From: a bacterium
GTDB lineage: Bacteria; Fidelibacterota; Marinisomatia; Marinisomatales; UBA1611
Reading direction: 5' to 3'
Length of the DNA: 64,000 nt
Assembly: GCA_004321745.1 (NCBI GenBank)
Contig: SGYO01000001.1
Coordinates: 54,563 to 118,562 of the forward strand
The position numbers were made by a program, and so were the translations under genes. This document shows positions 19,555 to 30,000 of the stretch, piece after piece. The notes beneath the pieces are model-generated. The model did no database searches, was not told the origin of the DNA, and was given only the letters and a program-made list of their open reading frames with translations. Numbering within the stretch: position 1 is the stretch's first letter; each line of letters begins with the position of its first letter.

Positions 19555-20607
19555 TTATAGCAAATCCTTAAGATTTTTTTTATCAAGCCAACTTACCAGG
19601 TCTTTAACTTTTTCAACTTTATCTCTTGGTACAACTAGCGTAGCATCGTTTGTGTTCACGATAACAATATTATCTAAACCGATGACAGCTGTAAACTTTT
19701 CATTAGACTGAATAAAATTATTCTCCCCATCCAAAACTGTCCCAAATCCTCTAATTACGTTGTCATTTTCTTTTTTAGAAAATATCTCAAATAAAGCATC
19801 CCATGAGCCAAGGTCGTTCCATTCAAATTGAGCAGGAATGACAAATATATTATCTGCTTTTTCCATTAAGCCATAATCAATACTCTCTGGCAAAATAGTT
19901 TCCCAGATATCATCAAAAGAATCTGAATTTTCAATTCTTTTCTCTATTTCTTTCATTGACTCATGTAATTCAGGCATATATTTTTTTAAGGAGTATAAAA
20001 GGGTATTTGCTCTCCAAACAAAAATACCCGCGTTCCACAAAAAATCTCCGCTTTTAATAAACCTTTTTGCTAATGTTATATGAGGTTTTTCAGCAAAAGT
20101 TTTCACATGGTAACCATTTTTATTTTTCGTCCCTGGCTCGTACTGTATGTATCCAAAAGCAGTACTTGGATAACTTGGTTTTATACCTATTGTAACTAGG
20201 TTTTCTTCTTTTTTAACTAAACTAAAAGCATCATTTAATGATTTTTCAAAATGTTTGTGACCTACAATTAGATGATCTGCTGGGAAAACGCCCATAATAG
20301 AATTTTTATTTTTCATGTAAATCTTTTGCGCAACCAAAGCAATAGCTGGCGCGGTATTTTTCGGACTGGGCTCTACAATTATATTTTCACTTTTTATATG
20401 CTTAATTGTTTTTAGTATGACATCATAAAGTTCTTTTTTAGTAATAATATATATTTCTGATGTCGATTTTAACTTTCTTAATCGATCAATGGTTATTTGA
20501 AGCATGGTCTTATCGCCAACTATTTTTAACAATTGCTTGGGATTATCTTTTCTACTCAATGGCCAAAATCGAGTCCCACTACCACCAGCTAAGATTACAC
20601 AATGCAT
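19555..20607 (-). CDS. manC: Mannose-1-phosphate guanylyltransferase
   Basis: VILAGGSGTRFWPLSR…PKQ, KNTAPA, FAEKP, WNAGIF, SIDYGLME, WNDLGSW. Confidence 0.95.
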   Translation of the reverse strand: MHCVILAGGSGTRFWPLSRKDNPKQLLKIVGDKTMLQITIDRLRKLKSTSEIYIITKKELYDVILKTIKHIKSENIIVEPSPKNTAPAIALVAQKIYMKNKNSIMGVFPADHLIVGHKHFEKSLNDAFSLVKKEENLVTIGIKPSYPSTAFGYIQYEPGTKNKNGYHVKTFAEKPHITLAKRFIKSGDFLWNAGIFVWRANTLLYSLKKYMPELHESMKEIEKRIENSDSFDDIWETILPESIDYGLMEKADNIFVIPAQFEWNDLGSWDALFEIFSKKENDNVIRGFGTVLDGENNFIQSNEKFTAVIGLDNIVIVNTNDATLVVPRDKVEKVKDLVSWLDKKNLKDLL

Positions 20608-22287
20608 CTAAAAACTATTGAGTTTAATATTTGTTATTTCCATATCCCAATTACTCCTTATCGATATCGTGTCAGGAATGATTTCAAACCATTCTGAAGA
20701 TTGATAAGGACTAAGACTGCCATAAGAATAATAATCATTTTCATCTCTATCATTGTAAAACATCAGAGAATAAATCCCTTCTGGTATTTTATTAATTTTA
20801 AAAGACGAATTAGAATTTACAAATACATCTAGGAAATATTGTTCTTTTTCTAGTGAGGATAACCTCGCAACCAAAGGCTCATTATACTTTTCAATTAAAT
20901 TACCCCTGAGACTGCCAAACTTTCTAAATGGTGAAGTTTTTATGTTTAAAATCAAAAGTGAATCTTTAATGCCACGAGTATTTGCCATTTTCAACTTATC
21001 TCTTATAACAAACAGATTATAATCAGTATTTGGGATCCAATTTATCTTTGGAATGACTCGATAATGCATAGGGCTTAATTTTTCTAGAATAAAATCAATA
21101 ATAACAGAATCTTTTTTTAATGTTAAAGCGCTATCCAAAATAACATTGTACAGCACTTTAGAAAATGAAAAATCAAAAGGTCTTATTTGGTCCTCTTCAA
21201 TTTCTAAATTATTCATTTTCTCAGCATCTTTAATACTTAGGTATGAAGTATCAATATTTGATTTTGTCTTTGCAGAAATCAAAGCAGAATCAATTATTGA
21301 ATGTTCAGCATTATCACTAGGGACCACATTAATTATTGTGTTTAAACCTGACTTAAGCGAATCCTTAATAAAAAAGTGTAAAGTATTGTTTTCATTGTTA
21401 TCAACAAATAGGTTAGGAAGAATTTTGTTTCCTCCACTGGTAATTTCAACTTTGATGTAATCAATTTTTCCATTTATTGGCGCGTCAAAATTTATTTCCC
21501 CTCTCCTACTATCGATCCATTTCCCATTAACGACCCTTATATATTTGGAAGTTTTAGGGATTAAGATGTTTACATCTTTCTTGAATGTACTCGCTGAGTC
21601 TATTTTAATAACATCCGTAGACGAGGTTCCATAAATTGAATAGTTTAAATCTAATAGTTCATTTAATTTGGACCTATTTATTCCAAGAAGTTTATAACTA
21701 CCATTTGATAAATAATTAAATGAAAAATGCCCATCTTCATTAGCATCTATAGTATAATCAGGCTGGCGAAGAAAAAACTCTTTCGCATCCACTGAGTCTC
21801 TTATTTTCCATAACAAAGCAGATGCTTCCTCTTCAGAAAACAACTTACCATTGATTTTAGACTTATCAATTATATTCCCTGTTGAAAATGCAAGCTGAAT
21901 TCCTTCAGAAAGCGAAACTCCATTTTCATCTTTTAAATTTCTATTTATGGATAATATATAAGTCTGATCAATTAATAAACTGTCTGGGAGTTTTACAACT
22001 AATTCTTTACCCTTATACTTTACCTGTATAGGGTCATTAGTTTTTGGTAAAAGAGATATAGCATCAGAAATTGATCTTTCTAAAATGTATTCAGAAAAAA
22101 ACAATTGTACTATACTTTGATCAAAGTTTATAGCTCCTGTTGCTGGAGTAGAATACAACAAAAATGGCGCTGTCTCATCTTTTGGACCTCCAGATGGAGC
22201 TTGAATAGCAGCGCAAGAAAAAACATTAGATAAATAATGAAAACATAAGAAAAAAAGAAAAATAGTTTTGCTATTAAATAACTTCAT
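20608..22287 (-). CDS. Ig-like (Big_5) domain lipoprotein
   Basis: SCAAIQAPSGGPKDETAP motif after a lipobox, FSEYI, LAFSTG; a family typical of FCB genomes. Confidence 0.85.
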   Translation of the reverse strand: MKLFNSKTIFLFFLCFHYLSNVFSCAAIQAPSGGPKDETAPFLLYSTPATGAINFDQSIVQLFFSEYILERSISDAISLLPKTNDPIQVKYKGKELVVKLPDSLLIDQTYILSINRNLKDENGVSLSEGIQLAFSTGNIIDKSKINGKLFSEEEASALLWKIRDSVDAKEFFLRQPDYTIDANEDGHFSFNYLSNGSYKLLGINRSKLNELLDLNYSIYGTSSTDVIKIDSASTFKKDVNILIPKTSKYIRVVNGKWIDSRRGEINFDAPINGKIDYIKVEITSGGNKILPNLFVDNNENNTLHFFIKDSLKSGLNTIINVVPSDNAEHSIIDSALISAKTKSNIDTSYLSIKDAEKMNNLEIEEDQIRPFDFSFSKVLYNVILDSALTLKKDSVIIDFILEKLSPMHYRVIPKINWIPNTDYNLFVIRDKLKMANTRGIKDSLLILNIKTSPFRKFGSLRGNLIEKYNEPLVARLSSLEKEQYFLDVFVNSNSSFKINKIPEGIYSLMFYNDRDENDYYSYGSLSPYQSSEWFEIIPDTISIRSNWDMEITNIKLNSF

Positions 22288-22401
22288 TAATATTGGACCA
22301 TTATAATTTAAAGGTGCCTGACTTTAAGTCTAAAGAATTCTAGTATGTTATTAGTATCTTAAAAATTATAATTACCAAATTATTTTAAAATTTCATATAC
22401 A

Positions 22402-23328
22402 TTGACTATGCAACCTAATAACCCAATATACAAAGCACAAACTATTGGCAATATTGAACCAATAGAATACATGGTACCCTACCCAAGTACACAAGCTATT
22501 ATTGAAGGCCAAATAATTAAATATAAAAATGAAAAAGTTTTCAAAGATTACGGTTTAACAAATATTGATTTTTTCAATAGTATTCAAAGAATATCAAACT
22601 GGCTGAATGACCAAGGCGTAGTCCCAAAAGATAAAGTTGTCATAGATGACAATTCTTTCTTGAACTCTATTTTACTTTTATATGGTTTATGGCACATAGG
22701 AGCTATTGCTGTATTTTTAGAAAAAGAAAATCACTATCCTAAAAAGAAATTAAATGTAAAGTGTTTAGACTATTCAGGCAATTTAATAAAAATAACAGAA
22801 TCTCAATCTTCACATTTTATACCAAAATATAAACCACTTCTAAATGAGGATGCAGTTGTATTGGTGTCAAATGATAAAACAGTCTTCCTATCACATTATG
22901 GTTTATTGGTCAATGCGAACGGTTTGCAAAAATTATTAAGCCTCAAACAGCAACAGAGTTTTTTTTGCGATATAAAACCTAAAACCAGTTTCTGGGTTGT
23001 CCTTTGCGCTATTCTACCCATTTATGCAATGGCTACATTTACTTCAAAAAGCCCATCAATTCTTTTAACCTATGATAATATTGATGTTAAGGATGGTTTT
23101 AAATTAAGAGAAGATTGGGTAAACATTGATAATTATGAAATAAATGAATTAGCGCTATGCAAAGAAAACAGCGCTGTCTTCGCCTTAAATAATAGTCCTA
23201 TTCATTTAACTGACTATAAAATCATTGAAGATGAATTATGGCTCAAAGGTCATTCTTTAATGAATGGGTACTTCGAAAAAGATAAAATGGTTTTTAAAAA
23301 TGATTATTTTATTATTAAAGAAGAATAG
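22402..23328 (+). CDS. Degenerate, shortened AMP-binding (acyl-CoA ligase-like) protein
   Basis: Remnant ANL motifs ISNWL.DQGVVPKDKV, LWHIGAIAVFL, LSHYGLLVNA, ELWLKGHSLMNGYF; only 308 aa and no TSGTTGxPKG loop. Confidence 0.65.
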   Translation: MTMQPNNPIYKAQTIGNIEPIEYMVPYPSTQAIIEGQIIKYKNEKVFKDYGLTNIDFFNSIQRISNWLNDQGVVPKDKVVIDDNSFLNSILLLYGLWHIGAIAVFLEKENHYPKKKLNVKCLDYSGNLIKITESQSSHFIPKYKPLLNEDAVVLVSNDKTVFLSHYGLLVNANGLQKLLSLKQQQSFFCDIKPKTSFWVVLCAILPIYAMATFTSKSPSILLTYDNIDVKDGFKLREDWVNIDNYEINELALCKENSAVFALNNSPIHLTDYKIIEDELWLKGHSLMNGYFEKDKMVFKNDYFIIKEE

Positions 23329-23331
23329 ATT

Positions 23332-23787
23332 TTATGTTAAATCCTTTAAGACTTCATCAGCATGAGTTTTTGGGCTAACCTTCTCGTATGCTCTTTCAAT
23401 TTTACCACTTTCATCTATCAAATATGCTACTCTCAAAATACCCTCATATTCTCTACCATACATTTTCTTTAAGCCAATAGCTTCATAAGCTCTAATCGTT
23501 TCTTTTTCAGGATCAGAAAGTAATTGGAATGGAAACTCTTGTTTTGAACAAAAGTTCTTTTGAGCCTTTACTGAATCAGCACTCATGCCTAAAACTACTG
23601 TATTATATTTTTTAAAATTTTTAAACTCATCCCGGAGTCCTTGACCTTGCGTAGTTCAGCCAGGCGTGCTTGCTCTAGGATAAAACCATAAAAGAACTTT
23701 TTGGCCTTCAAAATCTTTAATATTCACTGAATTACCATCCTGATCACTTAATTGAAATTCAGGGGCGCTTGATCCGATTGATAACAT
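23332..23787 (-). CDS. bcp: Selenocysteine-containing peroxiredoxin, BCP/PrxQ family (151 aa, Sec44)
   Basis: ATG 23787 with AAGGA RBS gives MLSIGSSAPEFQLSDQDGN…KVLLWFYPRASTPG-TGA(23658-23656)-TTQGQGLRD, continuing in frame into track ORF 23332-23586. Confidence 0.92.
23623..23640 (-). promoter_or_regulatory. Candidate bacterial SECIS element of bcp
   Basis: mRNA GGACUC-CGGGAU-GAGUUU; the loop begins 21 nt after UGA and has G at its second position. Confidence 0.65.
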
Positions 23788-23893
23788 GATTTTTTCCTTA
23801 ATTAATACTTTTAATATAATTATGTATTACAATATATCACTTAATTATCATTGTGATATAGCATATACTTTGATGTTTGATAAATTGCATCAG

Positions 23894-23932
23894 CTATTTT
23901 TTTTAAGGAGTCGGCCTCCTTAAAAAAAATAG
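23894..23932. repeat. Perfect 17-bp inverted repeat between the NUDIX gene and bcp
   Basis: CTATTTTTTTTAAGGAG-tcggc-CTCCTTAAAAAAAATAG. Confidence 0.8.
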
Positions 23933-23997
23933 AACCCAAGACAAAGCTATAGTACCAAATAGATACTTCAACCTTCTTGATATATTTAAAAAATTTA

Positions 23998-24474
23998 TCA
24001 AGGTAATTTATCTGGAATTTTAATCTGAGACCATTTCATCCTATCATCATTAGATATTACCATATCATGAACAACCTGAATCCCTCTCTTTTGCCCATTC
24101 CAAACTAAATGAGATAAAGCGACATCCAACTTAACCCATTTAAAATCACAATGTTCTTTTGATAAAACTACTTCTTGGGAATCAACTTCAATTCCAAAAA
24201 CTGGAACAAGATTTAATCTATCACCATGCTTTTCATAAAAACTACTAACATGATCAGCTATAAATACCTTCAGTGGCCTTAAGCTAGTTTCTTCCCCTAG
24301 CTCCCTGATTGCTGCCTCCCATGCTTTTTCTCCCTCTTCAATTTTTCCTGCAACCCCTTGCCAAAGGTGCTCATATATTTTGGTTTTTGCCCGTTTCAAT
24401 ATAAGAAACTCAATTCCTTCTATTGTTTTTCTATAGACATAAGCATCTACAACTCGTACCTTTATTTTTGTCAT
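23998..24474 (-). CDS. NUDIX hydrolase (NudB/dATP pyrophosphohydrolase-like)
   Basis: WQGVAGKIEEGEKAWEAAIRELGEET Nudix box; LSKEH. Confidence 0.9.
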   Translation of the reverse strand: MTKIKVRVVDAYVYRKTIEGIEFLILKRAKTKIYEHLWQGVAGKIEEGEKAWEAAIRELGEETSLRPLKVFIADHVSSFYEKHGDRLNLVPVFGIEVDSQEVVLSKEHCDFKWVKLDVALSHLVWNGQKRGIQVVHDMVISNDDRMKWSQIKIPDKLP

Positions 24475-25607
24475 TACATGCCTCTATGATACTTCATTTC
24501 ATTTAACCAACTAGTAGACCAACTATCAAACTCGCCAAGGTGAATCACCTCTTGGATTTTTTTAATTAAAGAAATGTAAAATGATAAGTTCAATGTTGAT
24601 GCAATTCGCAAACCTAGTATTTCTTTAACACCAAAAAGATGTCTTATATACGCTTTAGTAAACATACGCCCAAAAGCATGATTACTATTCTCATCTATAA
24701 AGGAGTGATCATCTTTATATTTCTCATTTGTAATATTTATTGTCCCATTAGATGTAAAGATCTGGCCATTTCTACCATTTCTGGTTGGCATAACACAATC
24801 AAACATGTCAACTCCACGCCGTATTGCTTTAACTATGTCAGTAGGTCTTCCAACCCCCATCAGATATCTAGGTCTATCTTTTGGTAGTAACGAATCACAA
24901 AATTCTATAGTCTCAAACATAGCGTTTTTCTCTTCTCCAACTGCAAGGCCTCCAATCGCTATCCCGAAATCTGCCTGTGGGACTAATCCTTCGATACTCA
25001 TTTCTCTCATTTTATGATTAATACCACCTTGAATAATTGGAAATAACGTTTGGCTATGTTTATAGAGACGGGGATTATCTTTTAGATAGTTTTTACACCT
25101 TATAAACCATTCATTAGTTCTTTTAACAGCTTTGGTAACTTCATCTAATTCTGATTTACCAGGAGGACAATGATCAAATGCCATAATAATATCTGACCCC
25201 AAAGCGCGCTGAATTTGCATCGATATTTCAGGTGTTATAGTATGATAACTCCCATCTAGGTGAGATTGAAACTCCACACCATCATCATTAATCTTATTTA
25301 AATTTGCTAAAGAAAATACCTGAAACCCTCCACTATCTGTTAAAATAGGTCTTGTCCAATTTGAAAATTTGTGAAGACCGCCTGCATGATTTATTACTTC
25401 TGTCCCTGGCCTTAGATAAAGATGATATGTATTGCCTAAAATTATATCTGCCCCTAATCCTTCAAGCTCATGTGGAGAAAATGTTTTTACAGCACCAATG
25501 GTCCCAACAGGCATAAATACTGGGGTTTGAATATCTCCATGTTCGGTTTTTATTAATCCAGTTCTGGCAGAGGTCTTTTTATCTTGCGTGGTAATTGAAA
25601 AATTCAA
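24474..25607 (-). CDS. tgt: Queuine tRNA-guanine transglycosylase
   Basis: TPVFMPVGT, NTYHLYLRPG, TDSGGFQVFSL, GGLAVGE, PRYLMGVG, DMFDCVMPTRNGRNG. Confidence 0.97.
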   Translation of the reverse strand: MNFSITTQDKKTSARTGLIKTEHGDIQTPVFMPVGTIGAVKTFSPHELEGLGADIILGNTYHLYLRPGTEVINHAGGLHKFSNWTRPILTDSGGFQVFSLANLNKINDDGVEFQSHLDGSYHTITPEISMQIQRALGSDIIMAFDHCPPGKSELDEVTKAVKRTNEWFIRCKNYLKDNPRLYKHSQTLFPIIQGGINHKMREMSIEGLVPQADFGIAIGGLAVGEEKNAMFETIEFCDSLLPKDRPRYLMGVGRPTDIVKAIRRGVDMFDCVMPTRNGRNGQIFTSNGTINITNEKYKDDHSFIDENSNHAFGRMFTKAYIRHLFGVKEILGLRIASTLNLSFYISLIKKIQEVIHLGEFDSWSTSWLNEMKYHRGM

Positions 25608-26959
25608 AATAATAAATCAAATGCTTGCTTAACTGACTCAACGGGGTAAATCTTGAGTTTATTTTTTTTGAGTTTGTTATTCATATTGGCTTTAGGAACA
25701 ACTGCACCATTAAAACCCAAAGCTTCCACTTCAGCTAAACGATGATCCAATCTACTTATTGATCTAATTTCTCCTGCTAAACCTATTTCACCAATGAAAA
25801 CAATAGTCTCATCTATTGGCTTATCCATAAAACTTGATGCAATTGCACATAAAATTGATAAATCAGCAGCAGGATCATCGACTTTTAGACCACCAACTAA
25901 ATTTATAAATACATCCTTAATGCCCATGACTAATTCCATCCTCTTTTCAAGAACTGCTAGAAGCATGGCAAGCCTTCGAAGGTCAAATCCGTTTACATTC
26001 CTTTGCGGCGTTCCAAAATTTGCGGTTGACACAAGCGCTTGAATTTCAATTAAAATAGGACGAGTGCCTTCTAAGGATGGATAAATACAAGTCCCAGGTA
26101 TATTCCTACTTCGTTCAGATAAAAACATTTCAGAAGGATTTGAAACTTCGTTTAACCCATCTTCATTCATATGAAAAATTCCAACCTCATTTGTAGCTCC
26201 AAATCGGTTCTTTGCAGATCTTAAAATTCTATGTTCATATCTATCATCTCCCTCTAAATAAAGAACTGTGTCTACCATGTGCTCCAACATTTTTGGACCT
26301 GCAATGGTTCCTTCCTTTGTAACATGACCAATGATAATAATTATAACATTTTTATGTTTACTGACTTCTAAAAACTTTTGACCACAATCTCTAATTTGAC
26401 TAGGAGATCCAGGCAAAGAGTCTAAATCAGAATTTATAATTGTTTGAATTGAGTCAATGATAACTAGTGCAGGGGAAATTCTATCAATGTGAGTCAGAAT
26501 ACCATTAAGATCATTTTCACTAGATAAATGTAGGTTATCTGATTTTACGTTTATCCTTTTTGCTCTAATTGCAACTTGTTCTTCGCTTTCTTCAGCAGAA
26601 ACGTATAAAATAGATTTATTAACACCAGAACATATATGTAAAGCTAATGTAGATTTCCCTACACCTGGACTCCCTCCTAACAATAATAGTGACCCAGGTA
26701 AAAGGCCTCCTCCTAATACCCTATCAGCCTCCGTAATATTTGTTGTAATTCTTTCGCCAGGATCGGAATCAAGTATATCATTTAGTGGTTTATAATCTCT
26801 GTAATCAAGATTAGACCTTTTTATGTTTTTATTCCCTAATACTTTAAACTCTGATAAGGTGCCCCACTCTTTACAGCTTGGACATTGTCCATGCCACTTC
26901 GGGAAATCACCACCACATGCAGAACATAAAAAGTTTACTTTATTTTTTTTATTAGCCAT
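25604..26959 (-). CDS. radA: DNA repair protein RadA/Sms
   Basis: C4 zinc finger (CSAC…CPSC), Walker A GSPGVGKST, KNRFG, Lon-like C-terminus; start set at MANKK. Confidence 0.97.
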   Translation of the reverse strand: MANKKNKVNFLCSACGGDFPKWHGQCPSCKEWGTLSEFKVLGNKNIKRSNLDYRDYKPLNDILDSDPGERITTNITEADRVLGGGLLPGSLLLLGGSPGVGKSTLALHICSGVNKSILYVSAEESEEQVAIRAKRINVKSDNLHLSSENDLNGILTHIDRISPALVIIDSIQTIINSDLDSLPGSPSQIRDCGQKFLEVSKHKNVIIIIIGHVTKEGTIAGPKMLEHMVDTVLYLEGDDRYEHRILRSAKNRFGATNEVGIFHMNEDGLNEVSNPSEMFLSERSRNIPGTCIYPSLEGTRPILIEIQALVSTANFGTPQRNVNGFDLRRLAMLLAVLEKRMELVMGIKDVFINLVGGLKVDDPAADLSILCAIASSFMDKPIDETIVFIGEIGLAGEIRSISRLDHRLAEVEALGFNGAVVPKANMNNKLKKNKLKIYPVESVKQAFDLLF

Positions 26960-27009
26960 AGAAGTATGCAAAATTGCCTTCTATGTATGATGTAATCAAG
27001 ACCGATATT

Positions 27010-30000
27010 TTACCAATCAGGCCCTAGAGATAGGTACCACTGCGGTTTTGAGTATCCGCCTGGATTTTTATCCCAAGCTGACTCTACTCGTAATAAGAAA
27101 TATCCAAGGTTGATCTTCACACCTAAGCCGGATGTCACAACCCAAGGAGAAAATTTAGCAGTGTCATTAGAACCGTATTTCTCTGGCCAACTATTTGAAG
27201 AAAATTCATCTGCAGAATCCCAGGCGGCTCCAACATCAACAAAAGCATGGCCCCTAATATTTCCAAAAACAACTTTTAAAGGAAATCCTAGCGCAAGATA
27301 ATTAATGAATGGGAATCTAACTTCAAAATTAAATAATGAAGCATATGTACCTATTCGTTCTGCAAATCGAGCACCCCTCATTGGGAATGCATACTCTGTA
27401 AAATATACATCCGTAATTAAATTCGAGTTAGATGTATCTGTAATTACACTTCTATACGCCGAAGGATCGCTGACTCCATTTGTTGTACCACTTTGAAAGT
27501 CTGTAAGCAAGTATGGTATGCCCCCAAGAAAAAATTTCTGAGCGTTTTTACCCTGGCTGCTCCCGAAAAATCCTCTTACAGCAATCGTATAGTCGCGACC
27601 AAATCTCCAATATTTTCTAGCATCTAATTTTACTGTTTGAAACTTGAAATCTGTATTCCAGCCAGGACTAGCAGTGATAGAAACATTCTGGCGATACCCA
27701 TCAATTGGTCCAGTGAAACCGAAAATTGAATTATCATATATCCAGCTAGCTCTAGGTAATATTGAAGTGAATTTTGTGGATGAACCTGGTCTTTTAACCA
27801 GCTCTTCCTGCCCAAATGTATTTATCATCCTATCAAGAATATCATAACTTATATTATGCCAAGTAAGCCCAAAATCAACTCTTTGAAATCTGCTAAAAGG
27901 ATGAGAAATGTAAGATTGTAACCCGTAATGTCTTAAGCGCCCAAGAGAATAATATCCAGCTTGAAAGAAATCTGCATTTTGAAAACCTACAAAATAATAA
28001 TCTGTCTTATTTTTTAGATAACCGTATGATAAAAAATAATCGCTATCTTCTAGAGTTAGAACCATTTCTGTTCCAAATTGAATCTGATGATTTCCTAGAA
28101 TGTCACTAAATGCAAAATAGGTCATTCCGGTTGCTCCAAACACATTGCTAATCTGCAAATTCCCACTTACCATATCTAATGTGAATCGCGTTTTGTAAGG
28201 TTTTGGAACGTGAACTCCATTAACTAACGTGTCCTTAACAACCTTCTCTAGTTTCGAGCCTTTGGTATCCATAGAATAATTATAATTATCATATCCCTGA
28301 GCAAATACCCATTTAGAATATGATGAATTTGTATTCAAATCTATTCTTTCAATTTTATCAGTGTCTCGAATATCTGCTACAGACATATCTTCACTATCTC
28401 TAGTTTTTATAAACTGTGTTGGGGCAATTTGCTTGGCAGCAATGCCAAGTGGATTATTTAAACTATATAGGTCCCAACCAATGCCCGAATATCCCGCAAA
28501 AATTATCGAGTTATCATCTTTAGAAATTGTTGGCTGCTGCAGGCCTGTCAAAACATTAGTTATAGCATATGAATTATTTACAAATTTAGAATCAGAATTT
28601 TGGTCTTCAACCAAAGCATGTTTATAGAGGTTGAAAACACCATTATAGTCTGAAGTATAAAATAATGTTCTTTCAGAGTTTGCCCAAATGGGATAGCTTT
28701 CATTATCAGGTGTATCAGTAACTCTTTTAATTTTGCCACTTTTAATATTCACTATATATATATCAGTTTGACTGTAGTTATGATCTTCAATTCTACCATC
28801 ATACTTACCATCAACATGTTTGCCACGATCAGAAACAAATGCAATTTCTTCACCATTGCCATTCCATGACGGATATGAATCAGAAAAAATATCATTAGTA
28901 ATCTTTTTAAAGTTCTCTGATTTAAAATTATAAATGTATATATCACTTGAGCCATTGTGATTGCCAGCAAAAGCGATATCATTACCATTAGGGCTCCAAG
29001 CTGCAGAAAATACTCCATCCAAAGCTATAGGAATTTTTTTTGCTTTTTTAGTTTTTACATCAATTATTTGAAGTGCATCAGAAGAACCGGCTTTTGTTGC
29101 TAATACAATTTTTTCTCCATCTGGGGACCAAGATAACCCAGGCTGTAACCATTTAAGCTCCTCAAAATTAACAGAACGACTACCTTGAACTAAAGTAGCT
29201 TTTTTCTTACCTGTCCCAGCATCCAAAAGATAAACATCGAAGTAACCAGATCTATCTGATAATAAAGCTACTGTACTACCATCTGGAGACAGTGATGGCG
29301 ATACATTATAAAAATTCCTATTTTTTTTGTGATTAGTTAACTGTTCTGACATATCTTCCAAAGGATCTCTATTTGCAATATCTGGCCAATATTCTTTTTT
29401 TAAGTATTTATGCCATTGGTCAGATAATTCATCCCATTTCATTCCAAGAGCCAGCTGATACCCTTTTTCAGCACTTTGAGTTTTTTTCATCGAGCGAAAA
29501 ACCTCACCGACTTTTTCTCTTCCATATTTTCCTGCAATGAATCTCCAAAGCGATTGCCCGCCTTTGTATGCCATAAAATAATTCAACTCATTAACGGTAG
29601 GAATTCTTTCATGAACTGCTATGTCACGCAAAATCATATCTGCCTTTGTATCCCAGTTTGAACTTAAAAATTCTGCCAGACCTTCATTTGCCCATAAGGG
29701 AATTCTCACACGAGTTCGACTAGCAACCATGTTTTGAGCAGTACCTCCGTAAACCATATCATTAAGCATTGCATGAACAAGCTCATGATGAATAACGTGC
29801 CTAAATTGTTCAAAATCTCCGTCAAATGGGAAGACCACTCTGTTTTTAAATAGCTCGGTTACTCCACCTATTCCCTCTGACATGTATACACCCACAACAT
29901 TTGTTTGTTGAAACTCATTATGAGAGTTATACACTAGAATTGATACCCTGTTTTTTAAATCCCATGCAAGATGAGTAGATATCTGTTTGTATGCTTCCTC

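Noticed and set aside
23840-24000. Open frame of about 55 codons on the minus strand between the NUDIX gene and bcp (…FKEADSLKKIADAIYQ…)
   Set aside because: No credible start codon or RBS near its 5' end and no recognisable motif.
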